Of a stretch of DNA of 64,000 bases, positions 13,250-25,532 are shown piece by piece (positions within the stretch are counted from its first letter, which is position 1; each line of letters opens with the position of its first letter). Below the pieces are notes generated by a model. The model was not told the origin of the DNA, did no database searches, and saw only the letters and a list, made by a program, of their open reading frames with translations. Origin of the DNA: Pseudovirgaria hyperparasitica (Eukaryota); NCBI GenBank assembly GCA_010093815.1, contig ML996569.1; one strand, 5' to 3'. Position numbers and translations under genes: made by a program.

Positions 13250-14059
13250 GCATCACTTGTTGATACGATGAAGCACACATACATCCCCGGATTGTAAGAT
13301 ATAGATAGATGTACAAAAACGAGTCAAATGCATTAGGGCGTTCTCCCCTTTTTTTACTATGTAGATACATTTCGAACCTTGACACAGATCAGTCATCTCC
13401 AGTGCATTGTTGCAATCGACCAAAGCAGAGCAGTCCAGCTTGATCTGATCTGATCTGATCTGTTTTGTTCTGTTCGTCTCTGCTCTTCTAGAATGGCCAG
13501 GCAGGATAGTTATGTGAAAAGCAAGATCGACGACCTTTAGCAAAGCGAGCAAGACTTGCGACTTCGGGGGCACAAGTAATCACCAGTGACTTAATAGCAT
13601 ACATATCAAGCAACGAACACGAACCTTACCTTCCAGCCCTCGGACTTAACCCCCGGCTCCGTCTCGGCCCTGACATCTCCATCTCCTGCCTCAGGCACCC
13701 GTCCACAACCCATCCACCTCCTCGGCCATCTCGGCCATCTCGGCCATCGGAAAACCCACTCATTGGCCCCAAAACCACACGACCGACACCCCGACGCCCT
13801 GGCGAACTACACAAGGGCAATCCAGTCATGATCGATTGGACAGTCGGTGTATTCGGGCCAGACTAGAGGGTGGAAGAGGAATGGTTTGCGTCGGTGTATT
13901 GTGGGAGGTGGAATTGTATAACGGCTTGTGGAGAGTTTGGTTGGTTATTTTGGTTTGTCGATCAGTTAATCAGTTGATTTGCTGGATGAATGGAGATATC
14001 GGGGCCGAAGAGGAGGCCCGCAATAATCATATCCTGTGGGCATGGCATGGATGGAGGGA

Positions 14060-14067
14060 TATATAAA
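14060..14067 (+). promoter_or_regulatory. TATA box of the enoyl reductase gene
   Basis: TATATAAA about 120 nt upstream of ATG 14184. Confidence 0.55.
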
Positions 14068-14183
14068 GAGGATGCTGGGATGCTTCGTTCATGACTCCAA
14101 GCATTCACACAATTCAGTTCCAATCAAGTGTACTACATAATCACATCTACAACTCAATCATCCCACCACCGCAGCGATCTGCA

Positions 14184-15230
14184 ATGGCGCCACAGACACA
14201 CACCGCCGCCGTCCTCGTGGACAAGGATACTCACAGCTTCACCTTCGAGCAGCGTGCCACGCCCACGCCTGGCCCCAACGACATCCTCATCGAAGTGCAT
14301 GCCCTCGCGCTGAACCCCATCGACTACATGCAGCGCGACCGGGGCTTCCCAGCCATCGACTACCCGTCAATCGTCGGCTCAGATATCGGCGGCATCGTCG
14401 TCGCAGTGGGCTCCGCGGTGCCGTCCAGCTACCCGCAGCCCGGCACGCGCGTCACAGCCTTCGCACCGAGCTTCTACGAAAAGGGCAAGCCAGACTACGG
14501 CGCGTTCCAGAAGTATGCATGTGTGTGGAAGGAGATGGTGACTGCCATCCCGGAAAACATGGGACTTGTGGAGGCAAGCACGCTGGGAATGGCGACCTAC
14601 ACGGCTATGAACGGGATCTACACGGCTGGGCTGCCGCTGGATGGAAGATATACGGCGACGGACAAGAAGGCGCTGCTAATCTGGGGCGGTTCGGCGAGTG
14701 TGGGCGCGTCGATGGTGCAGGTTGCGCGGATCATGGGCATCACGACGTATGTGACTGCGAGTGCGAAGAACCATGGGTTCTTGAAGACGCTGGGTGCGAG
14801 CCGGCTGTTTGACTACAAGGACGCGGATGTGGTGCAGCAGATTGTCGCTGCGGCGAGCGAGGATGGGCTGGTGCTGAAGCATGCGTATGATGCTGCTGGT
14901 GGCACCAGGCAGATCTTGGATGTGCTGAAGGAGTTCAAGGATGGGCAGGAGCCGGTGCTGGCGTCGGCGCCGGCGTCCATCTTTAAGCCAGATTCGCCGC
15001 GAGAGCCTGGTGTCGCTGTCAAGTTTGTGAAGTGTCCTGACGAGCCGACGGAACGAAGCAAGCACTTTGACTATATTGGACAGATATGGCTGAAGGAGAA
15101 GCTGGCGAGTGGGGAGTATGGAGTGGGATCGAAGGTGGAGTTGGTCGAAGGAGGATTTGAAAGTCTGGACAAGGCGCTCGATACGCTGAGGGCTGGTGTA
15201 TCGGGGACGAAGCTGGTGATTCAAGTCTGA
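14184..15230 (+). CDS. Medium-chain dehydrogenase/reductase, trans-enoyl reductase-like (LovC/ToxD type), intronless
   Basis: ALALNPIDY, GSDIGGIVVAVG, GAFQKY, Rossmann motif LIWGGSASVG, TASAKN, GVSGTKLV. Confidence 0.88.
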   Translation: MAPQTHTAAVLVDKDTHSFTFEQRATPTPGPNDILIEVHALALNPIDYMQRDRGFPAIDYPSIVGSDIGGIVVAVGSAVPSSYPQPGTRVTAFAPSFYEKGKPDYGAFQKYACVWKEMVTAIPENMGLVEASTLGMATYTAMNGIYTAGLPLDGRYTATDKKALLIWGGSASVGASMVQVARIMGITTYVTASAKNHGFLKTLGASRLFDYKDADVVQQIVAAASEDGLVLKHAYDAAGGTRQILDVLKEFKDGQEPVLASAPASIFKPDSPREPGVAVKFVKCPDEPTERSKHFDYIGQIWLKEKLASGEYGVGSKVELVEGGFESLDKALDTLRAGVSGTKLVIQV

Positions 15231-16551
15231 TTGTCATGTAAGCGGTAGATTACGGAGTATGTCGATGTATGATGTTTCTCAATAGATCACAGTTTTCTCA
15301 ACCAGTCTATGTTCGTGTTCAAGTGGTGTATATGTGTCCCCTGGTGACTGTGCTGTCAAGAAGATAGAACGTGTCCCTTGTTAGTCCCCAAGCAGGGAGG
15401 TTGAGAAGGTGGTAGGTAGGTCTCTCTCCAGGTCAGGAATGGCACATGCCAGGAGCGTCAACAGAGGGATACGCGCTCCCAAAACAATGACATCACGATG
15501 TGGTAACAGAGACAGGGAACATGGGGCTTGGAGAGAGTGGCCAATAAATGGGTCATGACGATGAGTTTGAATTGATGTCCTCGATACGAAGCGCCTCGTC
15601 GATAATAGACAAGCGTTGCACTTGGTGGTAGTATGAAGCGGCACCCGGCCATACTTCCAGCCGAGCGGGCAAAGCGGCCAATGAATGACATGTGGGCCTG
15701 AGGCAGCATCTATTGCACCGCTTACAGAAGGCATACAATAATACCAGTAGCCAGGTGATTGCCAAGTGGTGGTGGCAGATCGAGCGATTCGGCCAGATGC
15801 AGCAGGAACAAGTGACAGCTGCATGCAGCCCAACGCCTTCCAAGCTTAGCAGTGATTCAACATTGAACAGGGAAGGAAGGCAGGGGTGCGTCCATGGAAA
15901 AAAGGATGGAGAAAATGGCGAAATGGGCTCATCAGACGCGTCCAGACTTGCACAAGATGCACAAAATGCCACACATGCACAAATACACACCTGCACAACC
16001 ATATTTGGGGGGTGTTGTGGCTTGACTCTTTCCAGCCCTGGTGTACGTCATGTGTCGCTCCTGCCCGACTGTGACTGGCCACGATGCGTCAAACGTTCAG
16101 AGCTTCCATGATGGGGAGGAGCAATGGAGGGGTCTCAGCTGCCCCGCCTCATAGTGACGTCACAACCAAAACAATGGAAAAGGGCCGTAAGCAAGTGGCG
16201 GGGCACAATACCGACTTACCTAGTACCGAACGCCCTTCTGCCCCCGTCCATTCGCTGCGAATGCTCTGGAATCGCGATCTGATCCAAGGGCAGTTTAGCA
16301 TCTTTTGACTCTGCAATTTGCATTAACCGCGTTTGCCTACTTGTGGACTGCGGCGTTGCGTGAAGACCCAATCTAATGACGCAATATGGTCGAATAAGCG
16401 CTGAAGTGACTACTGAGAACTGGCCGCCCTTGCCTAATTCACGGAGAGCCACAACAACAAACTGTGGCAGGTGCGATTCACTCACAAGCCGCACCCACCC
16501 GTCCAGGCTGCTGTCCAAGCTCAGAGCAACTTTTGCGTAGGCTGCCATCAC

Positions 16552-16558
16552 TATATAA
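16552..16558 (+). promoter_or_regulatory. TATA box of the grg-1-like gene
   Basis: TATATAA followed by a CT-rich then CA-rich leader, about 125 nt before the ATG. Confidence 0.6.
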
Positions 16559-16679
16559 GTCTCTCTTTGCACCCTACCCTCTCTCTCTTCTCCATCACAC
16601 AATCCCATCTAACTCTCATCCACAACTTCAACAAACAACTTTCAAACCAAACCTCTAAACAACCTCAACCTCAATCAGA

Positions 16680-16946
16680 ATGTCTGCCCCCAACGTTGAC
16701 AAGCCTAACGAGGGCATCGTCGGCCAGGTCACCAACTCTGCCAAGAACGCCGTCAACTACGTCTCGGAGACCATCCAGGGCAACGCCGCTGCTGCTTCCA
16801 AGGAGGCCAACAAGGAGCAAGCCAAGGGCAACGCTGGCGACACTTCGCTCACCGGTCGTGCCTCAGGTGCTCTCGATGCCGCCTCAGACAAGATCAACGA
16901 GTCGAAGCACGATGGTGCTGCCAAGGCCAACAAGGAGTCCATCTAA
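16680..16946 (+). CDS. grg-1: Glucose-repressible small stress protein, Grg1/Ccg-1 family (88 aa)
   Basis: KNAVNYVSETIQG...ASKEANKEQAK...GALDAASDKINESKH resembles Neurospora Grg-1; strong C-ending codon bias; TATA upstream. Confidence 0.85.
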   Translation: MSAPNVDKPNEGIVGQVTNSAKNAVNYVSETIQGNAAAASKEANKEQAKGNAGDTSLTGRASGALDAASDKINESKHDGAAKANKESI

Positions 16947-18207
16947 GTTGATGGCTTGATCTTCACATCAGGATGGTACGTTCCTCTTTGTCTTGACTTC
17001 AATCAGAGACTGTTCTAACTGTTACATTAGCGGTTATATCTCAATTGGCGCAGGCGGAATATCACCATACCCTCATAGCTACGGCTTCTTCACGATTCAA
17101 CGACTATGATGTGTTATTACCTCTCAACTCCGCAAGGAGCTTTCTAGAAAATGCACTCAGCTTTAGTTGCCTTCTAGTATATACCAATCAAGATTGATCT
17201 TTCCCCAAACTGTGCAATGTGTTGATTGCTCAAACGTGATTGATGTGAGATGATGACTGGCATGGCTAACAACTTTGACATTTGACAAGTATGTTTGCTA
17301 CAGTACGCTCGACAACACCATGAAGCTAGCCCTATGTAATTGGGATGATAACTGACAGACTGAGCCATCAACACAATCACAGTGGCGACCTATACATAAC
17401 AAATAAGCCTTTCTCTCCAAGCCCAATCCCGGAGGCATGTCGTCCTCGAGCTCCGCACCGGTCGTCTGGCGTTTTGCCAGTGCTCATTCTCGAGGCTTTT
17501 AGATGCTTGTTGAAACAGCTCTAGTACACTTGAACCACACATATGCGCCAGAGTTGGTTGTTTCCTGAATTTCTTCCTTCTCGTGTACTGGATGTATCGT
17601 AGGACGTCGCGCTGTCAAGGATATCCGGCCGAGAAACGAAGGTTTAGACGCAGCTGTCTAACCGGATTGGGACTCGTGCCAACCGGTGTTCAGCCGACGC
17701 CGCCCGGATCTCGATGTGATCCATTTGCGCTCTTTGTGTGGCGGCGGCGTCATGCAAATCCTCCCTCGCTCCACGTTACGCTCGACTGTCACAGCTCTGC
17801 CGTGCTGTGCCGAATACTCTCCTCCTCATGACTGCATCTCGCTACCCGCTGCTTTGGTGCTCGGAAAAATTATACCATTGTGATATACATTGACCGAGCG
17901 TGGTGGAGCATTCACATGTCCCCTCGCGGGAGCTTGGCGCCAATTTATACCACTGTACACTTCATCGGAACTGACACCTCTGCGCAAAGCCTTCTCACCA
18001 TCCATCCACTATTGGGCCGGGTATACTTCCCCATTCAATCGCTTCTGCGATCCACCCCGATACACCCTGGTCAGTTCCACGTCCGAGCCTGAGCTTCAAC
18101 GGCGCCGCATTCCATCTTCAAACACCTGCGTCGGACTCGTCTTCTCTTCCGTCTTCGCTACCACGACTGCTCCTCTCTTGGAGCGACTTTCCACCACGTA
18201 ATTCACA

Positions 18208-20565
18208 ATGGCCACTCGTGGCCGCGTCCTCCGTGGCCTCTCCTATACTGTCGCCGCCGCTGCTGTCGGATCAGGCGCGTTGTACGTCGCTTACCGTCCC
18301 CGTTCAATACCAGGTAGCGAAGCCGCTGCTGTTCCGCCTCCCACGTACGGTGAGGGTGGTGTGTTTCGTCCGCCGCAGTTTCCGGGAATCAAGAGCCGGG
18401 AAGAGCAGATTGCAGACCTGAAGAGGAGCGCGGGAATTGTTGAGAATGTCGCACAGGGAGTTGACAAAGTGAAATCGTGGCTAGGTGCGAAGGGAGAGGA
18501 TGAGAAGAAGAGTACAGGCGGAAGCGCTGCGGGCGAGGAGTATGATCTGCTTGTCATTGGCGCCGGTGCCACAGGTGCGGGCATTGCGCTTGATGCTGCG
18601 ACGAGAGGGTTGAGGGTTGCGCTTGTGGAAAGGGACGATTTTGCCAGTGGCACGAGTAGCAAGAGTACGAAGTTGGTGCATGGTGGAGTGCGGTATCTTG
18701 AAAAGGCTGTTTGGGAGTTGGACTATTCACAGTACGCTTTCGCACTCGTCCTGCCATGCCAGTAAAGCTAATCAGAGTAGATACAAGCTCGTAAAGGAAG
18801 CACTGCGCGAACGTCGGTACTTTCTCGACACGGCACCCCATCTATCGTCCTGGTTGCCAATCATGATTCCGGTTGATACGTGGTGGAAGGCGCCATACTT
18901 CTGGGCTGGCACCAAGTTTTATGACTTCCTGGCTGGCAGCGAGAATATCGAGACGAGTTATTTTTTGACCAAGAGCAAGGCCTTGGAGGCGTTTCCTATG
19001 CTGAAGAAGGATAACCTCTTTGGGGCGTTGGTATACTACGGTAATTTAAGTCATCGATTTTTTGATATTGGGTTTTGCTAATAGGCACAGATGGTGCACA
19101 CAACGATTCTCGCATGAATGTCTCTCTAGCAATGACCGCGGCTCTGTACGGCGTCACTGTTGTCAACCATCTCGAAGTTACTGGCCTTGAAAAGAATGCT
19201 GAAGGGCGAATCAACGGCGCGCGTGTCAAGGACATTGTGAGAGAGAAGGATGGCAAGGCTGCTGACGAATTCTCCATCCGCGCAAAAGGCGTCATCAACG
19301 CAACAGGTCCGTTCTGCGACGCTATCCGCAAGCTCGATGAGCCTACTGTTCAGGATATCGTCGCGCCCTCGTCCGGTGTTCACATCATTCTCCCTGGCTA
19401 CTATTCTCCCTCTGACATGGGTCTCATCGATCCCTCTACTTCCGACGGCCGCGTTATTTTCTTCCTCCCATGGCAAGGCAACACCATTGCCGGCACCACT
19501 GATGCACCCACCAAGATTGCCGCGAATCCCGTCGCGGGTGAAGAAGAAATCGACTGGATTTTATCGGAAATCCGAAGATATCTACAGCCCGAGATCAACG
19601 TCCGACGCGGCGACGTCCTTGCAGCATGGTCCGGTATCCGTCCTCTTGTCCGCGATCCCAAGGCCAAGAAAACAGAAGGTCTCGTTCGGAATCACCTCGT
19701 GACCACCTCACCTGCTGGCCTTCTCACCTGCTCCGGCGGTAAATGGACTACGTACCGTGAAATGGCTGAAGATGCTGTGAACGAAGCAATCAAGGAGTTC
19801 AACCTGACCCCGCGACCCCTTGGCGATCCACCGCGCATCTCCGGCACAAGCCTCCTCGACGACACCACCCTCGACGGCTCCTGCCAAACGCACCGCGTCC
19901 GGCTTGTCGGCGCCCATGGCTTCTCCAAGACGCTCTTCATCAACCTCATCCAGCACTACGGCATCGAGACGGACATTGCCAAGCACCTCTGCGAATCCTA
20001 CGGCGACCGCGCCTGGACCGTCGCCGCGCTCTCCGCACCCACCGAACAGCGCTTCCCCGTGCGTGGGCAGCGCATCTCCGCTCTCTACCCTTACGTCGAC
20101 GGCGAAGTGCGCTACGCCGTGCGCCACGAATACGCATGCACAGCAGTCGATGTCCTCGCCCGACGCACCCGTCTGGCGTTTCTGAACGCGCAGGCGGCGC
20201 TCGAGGCCCTGCCCAAGGTCATCGATCTCATGGCCGGTGAACTTGGCTGGGATAGCAAGAGGAAGGACAAGGAGTGGAAGGACAGCGTGCAGTTCTTGGG
20301 CAGTATGGGCCTGCCAAAGGGCAAGCTGACCCTGACGAGGAAGGAGGTTGAGGAGGGGAAAGTCGGGACGTATGGCGACGAGGAGTGGAGTCTGTATGCG
20401 CGGCACGGTCAGTACTAACTTTGATATCGAAAGGGAAAAGATATCTGTGGTGTTGTGGTAGGCTAACGTGTCGCAGATAACCCAGCCGAAGTGCTCAAGT
20501 CGGACTCGAAGATCCCCGCTGGCACGAACCCGGTGCAGAAGGACGACGCGGCGTCGAACAAGTAG
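18208..20565 (+). CDS. GUT2: Mitochondrial FAD-dependent glycerol-3-phosphate dehydrogenase, 4 exons
   Basis: [75 protein letters not shown]. Confidence 0.95.
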
Positions 20566-21068
20566 AACATGCATTTCTCTCCCATTCGCCATCTCTCTCT
20601 CTTCCTCTGGTCCCGAAGCATCGTCGGTCTAAATTCATACACCCTCAAACCCGAAGAGAGGGAAACCTGTACATTAGCCAGCGAGCGCTGTGTTTTTTTC
20701 CTTGTAAAGAAAAACAAGCTATGTATATACATGAATGAGATTTAAAATCGCCCACTCCAAGTTGCGCGTGGGGTTTGCATGATATCAGGTATTCCTTCGG
20801 CCTCTTGTCGCATACCATATCCATAGTCCCTCCCCCCACCTCCCCCTCTTACCTCTTACCCCTCCCGCTCCGTCTCTCTCTCCCTCTCCCTCTCCCTCTC
20901 CCTCTCCCTCGCCTATATAACATGGGTTGTTACATGATCTATATAGTTCCTTCATTACTTGACGTTGCCTTAACCTAACCTTATATTCTCACCTTACTTG
21001 GACGTAGATCTCTATACTTTTTTTATCGATCTAGTTGTTTCATCTAATCCTTCTATAAAACTACCTTG

Positions 21069-21171
21069 ATCGAATCTAGTTTTATCGAATCTAGTTTTAT
21101 CGAATCTAGTTTTATCGAATCTAGTTTTATCGAATCTAGTTTTATCGAATCTAGTTTTATCGAATCTAGTT
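21069..21171. repeat. 15-bp minisatellite (ATCGAATCTAGTTTT), about 7 copies
   Basis: Directly visible perfect tandem copies. Confidence 0.95.
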
Positions 21172-21313
21172 CCCATCTAATTCTTATAAGCTATCTCTAA
21201 TCTAAACTCTAATATAGACTAACTTAAGTTCTATAACTATCTTAATCTAGGCTCTAGACTAATAACTTTACTTCTATAGCTAGATTACATTGATAAAAGG
21301 GGGGGTATGTATT

Positions 21314-21318
<5 letters not shown>

Positions 21319-21385
<67 letters not shown>
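21319..21385. repeat. (GTA)n microsatellite, about 22 copies
   Basis: Directly visible. Confidence 0.95.
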
Positions 21386-21482
21386 GAGTAAGATATAATA
21401 CTATTAGTTAAAGATAAGATTGTTATATAGATTAATAGATATATATAATATTATAATAGTAATATATTCTTTATATTAAGAA

Positions 21483-21587
21483 GAGAGTAGTTAAGAGTAG
21501 TCGAGAGTAGTCGAGAGTAGTCGAGAGTAGTCGAGAGTAGTCGAGAGTAGTCGAGAGTAGTCGAGAGTAGTCGAGAGTAATTAAGAG
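21483..21587. repeat. 10-bp minisatellite (TCGAGAGTAG), about 10 copies; outer copies are transition variants (TTAAGAG...)
   Basis: Directly visible. Confidence 0.9.
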
Positions 21588-21680
21588 AAAAAGAGAAGAA
21601 GAGAATTAGACAGGAGCGTATGGTAGAAGGGCTTGATAGGATAGTAGTATTTATATAGAGCCAATCAGTGTGTGTTCTTT

Positions 21681-21894
21681 AGGTGTCCTCGTGCTGTTAG
21701 TCCCTCTAATATCGATAGTCTCTATAGAATGCGCCTTACTATCTAGTAAAGAAAACCTAGTATAGCTCTACTAGAAATAAAGTATAAAGGTATTCTTATA
21801 CTATTAAACCCTTTAAGATTATTAGTCTCAATAGAATATACCTTACCGTCTAGTAGAGAAAACCTAGTATAGCCCTACCAGGAATGAAGTGCAT
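21681..21894. repeat. Diverged 107-bp tandem duplication
   Basis: 21681-21787 aligns without gaps to 21788-21894; manual count about 22 transitions vs about 5 transversions. Confidence 0.85.
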
Positions 21895-22050
21895 AGGTTC
21901 CTTCTTGACCTATATTCGCGTTTACCCCTGTGCGCTAGAGATAGACTTAGATAGTTGGGGGTGTTAAATAGTAGAGAAGGCGTCTTTCGCCAGGACCTTT
22001 AGGTGATTGCTTTACACTATGTCATTATCTAGTTGAATTGCTATAATACT

Positions 22051-23782
22051 TTAACTGTTTGTCCCCCTTTTCTTCGTGTCGCTTTTCTCCTGTCCCTTTG
22101 CTTCGTGTCCCTCTGCTTCGTGTCCTGGTGTGTTCGGCGCGCTGTCCACAGCACATACTAGCCCGTCGTCCAAGCGCCGTTGGAATAAGTCTTTCTCCAT
22201 GCCCATCTTAAGGCAAGCCTTTGCTGTATACCGAGGTTCTGGGTTCACGTTCAACATGCCCTGTAGCATTTCGAGGCTCGTCCCCGACCCCTGGTCGACC
22301 AGCCAGGTGACAAGGCTGTCCACCCAGGTTGCATTCCAAGTACGCCATTTCTCAGGTAGATTGCGGGCTTTGGGAAGCGGTGGTGCTTGTGGGAGATCAT
22401 ACAGCCACTCAAGAGCCATAACGCCCAAGGACCAGACGTCAGCAGACGTGTTATACGTGTTCCCGGGCTGGAATAACTCAGGGGCGCAGTATTTGTACGT
22501 CCCACAAAACGTTTTGAGGAAAGTTGTCTCTGTGATGGCTTTAGAAAGGCCGAAATCGGTAAGCACAACCTTGAAGTATGGCTCTTCCTCGAATAGCACG
22601 TTCTCCGGCTTGATGTCACGGTGCGCAATGTCGTGGCTATGCAAGAACGCAAGGCAGTCAATGATTTGGCCGACAGCGGTTACAAGCTCTGACTCAGCGA
22701 GGATTCCAGCGTGCGCCATATCTCCGCATGGAAAGTAGGGCATGACTATCATGACTTCGGGCCTTTCACGCAGCTCAATCACTTGGACGATGTTGGGCTG
22801 CCGCTTGGTCAGCAAAGGGGGAAATATTGTCCCGGAATTCCCCCCCTTTTTTTATATCTCTAGCAACAAAAAATAGATAGGAACGTACATGTGGGTGATC
22901 TTTAATGATTGTGTACTCATTTCGGATCCGTCTTAACCACTCAGGGTCAATCTCACCGCGGCGTCTCTTCCTCACGTTCGTGGGCGGCAAGGCTACCTTG
23001 CCAGCAAAAACCTTGCCGTCGCGAGCCCTGATCAGTGTGTACACCTTGCTGAACGTACCTGTCCCTATTTCCTGGTCCTTGAAGTAAATTAGGCTTCCAG
23101 TGGCGATTTGGGCTCTACTGGGTGGCTCTGTCTCGGGGGGGCTTGTTATGTCGAGCCCTTGAATGCCTGGTACTGCATTTCCCTTGGTTCTCTTTATGAG
23201 CGCACGTAGGCTCTCTATGTATCTTTCATCCGAGCCATTATGATTTGGAAACTCGATACCGATGGTTACACCTCCAGTATGAATAGTAATGGGACCAAAG
23301 GGATCTCGCGCGCCAGGTTCGTACGCCAGGATCCAGGTCTCATGCTTCCGATACTGGTCCGCATTTACATCATTGTAGGCGACTGCTGTCCCATGCTTGG
23401 ACCGGTCATTCAGGAATATTTGCATTTTGTCATTGACAACGATGCTATATTGTCGGCTACTGATGCCCGGTGTGCCTCGATGCCCTAGTAGGACGTGCGA
23501 TGTTGCAGTTTGCGATCCTACCTGGATTCCTTCTCTAAGATCCTCAAGCTCCATGAGCTTAGGGAAAGTTAGAACCAGGCGCATAGGGGTACCATCATCT
23601 TTGCTGTCATCTTCAGGGGACGGCGTAGGCTCTCGGCTTTCAATAGTAGCTTGGTTTGCCACACCCCCAGTCGCGGGTTGGAACCATCTTGCGTTATGGG
23701 CGAGTGAAAGTGCAGTGTTGGCCCTATTCCTGGTGTCCTTGGCTGTTAGAATTGCAAAGACCGAAAGGTCGTTCTCAGACAT
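22051..23782 (-). CDS. Ser/Thr protein kinase with N-terminal FHA-like domain; intron 22888-22798
   Basis: FHA-like GISSRQY...LNDRSKHGT; kinase motifs IGTGTFSKV, FAGK, HPH|PNIV across a GTACGT..CAG intron, HRDIKPENVL, DFG, CGTYKYCAPE, DVWSLG. Confidence 0.9.
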
Positions 23783-24299
23783 TATGGAAGTCTAGAGATA
23801 AGATTAATGGAGATTGAGAATGGAGGACATAGCTTGGATAAACACTTACATTCACTCTACTTGAAGGTGGGGCGATCCTTCCCGAGGCCGCCCTCTCCTG
23901 ATGACTGATGACTCATTTGTCCAATTGCTCAATCGTCTAACGGCTCATTGGTTGCCTTTATCATCTGTTGCCTACTCTGGGGGCACACGGCGTTCTATTT
24001 ACCAATTAATTGGCGAGTAATTGGCGAGGCAGACGTACTGCAGCCTTCGGGTTAGTTCGGCCTATCATTACGTCTGTTCCGAGCGGGCCGCTAATCGCAA
24101 CTTGGCTACCTCGGTCCATCTATTGGTTGATGTACTCTTGACTCATTAACAGACGAGAGCCCTAGTCACGTGACATGAAGACCACGCCTTTTCCTGGCTT
24201 AATAAGTCTTACCGTGAGAGCGCTTCTTTCCAATGTCCATTTGGCCTTCTAGGAAGCCTTCAAGTCTCGCACTTAAATCACCTTCCAGGATCTTCCAGG

Positions 24300-25532
24300 A
24301 TGAATAGCCCTACTGTATCTAAGTTTCAAGATCGGATTCTACAGACACGAATCGAAGACTATGAGGACATAAGGTACAGGCTTCCTTTTCTGCGCCCTGG
24401 TCCACTTTTGACGTGCTGTGCAGCATCATCACAATTCCAGGCCTTGCTGAGCTTTCGCCTGAAGAACGACTCGAGATTGCACACAAAGCACGTCAACTAC
24501 AAACCGAAAATGCACCCGTGTGTGAGAAACTTTTGGCAGCTTTGAGGCAAGTATTCCATCTTTCTTCTATCCTTTCTTATCGATGATTATGCCCACCGCG
24601 CATATTGCTAACAACATATCTGCAAATTCAGAGATATGACTCCGCCCTTGGACGAGGAAGAAGAATACCGTGACTCCTGCCAGAGAGAAGACAAGGCACG
24701 CAAACAGCTCGAAGCCGAAGGGTGCCCACCCTGCTATCCACCCGGGCTCGAAATCCATCGATCAGAGCACTTGCCCGAAGACTATCGCGCGATCATCGAA
24801 TATTGGCGGTCATTTCCGTGGTCAAGCGGTCTGCCGCTTTGCGCCCAACTGCGTTCATGGCGCGAGTTTCATGCACACCAGCGGCTGCGGCGGCAGCTGC
24901 GACCAGACCAGCAGAGTCGGATCGATCGATGGAACGAGTTTCTAAGTTACCAGCTGGCCCACTACAACAATTCAGAGAGCAAACTTGTCGGTTTGAAGAA
25001 GGAGCTGAGTGAGGGGTCAACGCCGCAGGATGAGGATGCCATACGGCGGCTTATCCGGTATGGTGAGCGGGATCTTGAGCGGCACACGATCATGCTGGAC
25101 TGGATCAGGCAAATGGGTAGGGAGATGGAACTGCAGGCACATCCCGCGGCAGATGTCAAAGCCGTGAGTTCAAAACGAATCTCGACACCCAAACATGTAG
25201 TATCGAGGCCATCCTTATCGCGAGCAGCGAAGTTGAAGCAGCAGCAGCAGCCAGGCTCGATGGCTGATACCACGAAGACCCCGAACGCGAGACAAGCACC
25301 CACTACTCGTAGGAAGAAGCACAGCTCTCGCACTGGCAAGCAGAAAAACTGTGATGGTGTTGAATCGTCGAAGCACGCTTCGCTCCTCCATGAACAATCC
25401 CGTCCATCAAAGATAACGAAAACGCAGGCCAGAGCTCACAGACCCATGTCGCCACGTATTCCAGACCAGCAGATTACGACGACAAGATATGGGAGGGTTT
25501 CACGGCGGCCCGATCGTTGGGTTCCCGGTTGA
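24300..25532 (+). CDS. Hypothetical protein (CPPCYPP motif, helical core, basic disordered C-terminus); exons 24300-24373, 24424-24546, 24632-25532
   Basis: GT-AG intron 24374-24423 and GC-AG intron 24547-24631 (GCAAGT..GCTAAC..CAG) join two upstream exons in frame to the 298-aa ORF. Confidence 0.7.

Larger units (their letters stand above)
20900..22050. repeat. AT/TpA-rich RIP-degenerated region with tandem repeats (relic repeat or pseudogene)
   Basis: Abrupt drop in GC, abundant TA/TAG/CTA and scarce CA/TG; internal duplicates differ mostly by C/T and G/A transitions. Confidence 0.75.

Noticed and set aside
21069..21587. Short tandem repeats as a CRISPR-like array
   Set aside because: No unique spacers, eukaryotic context and no cas genes.
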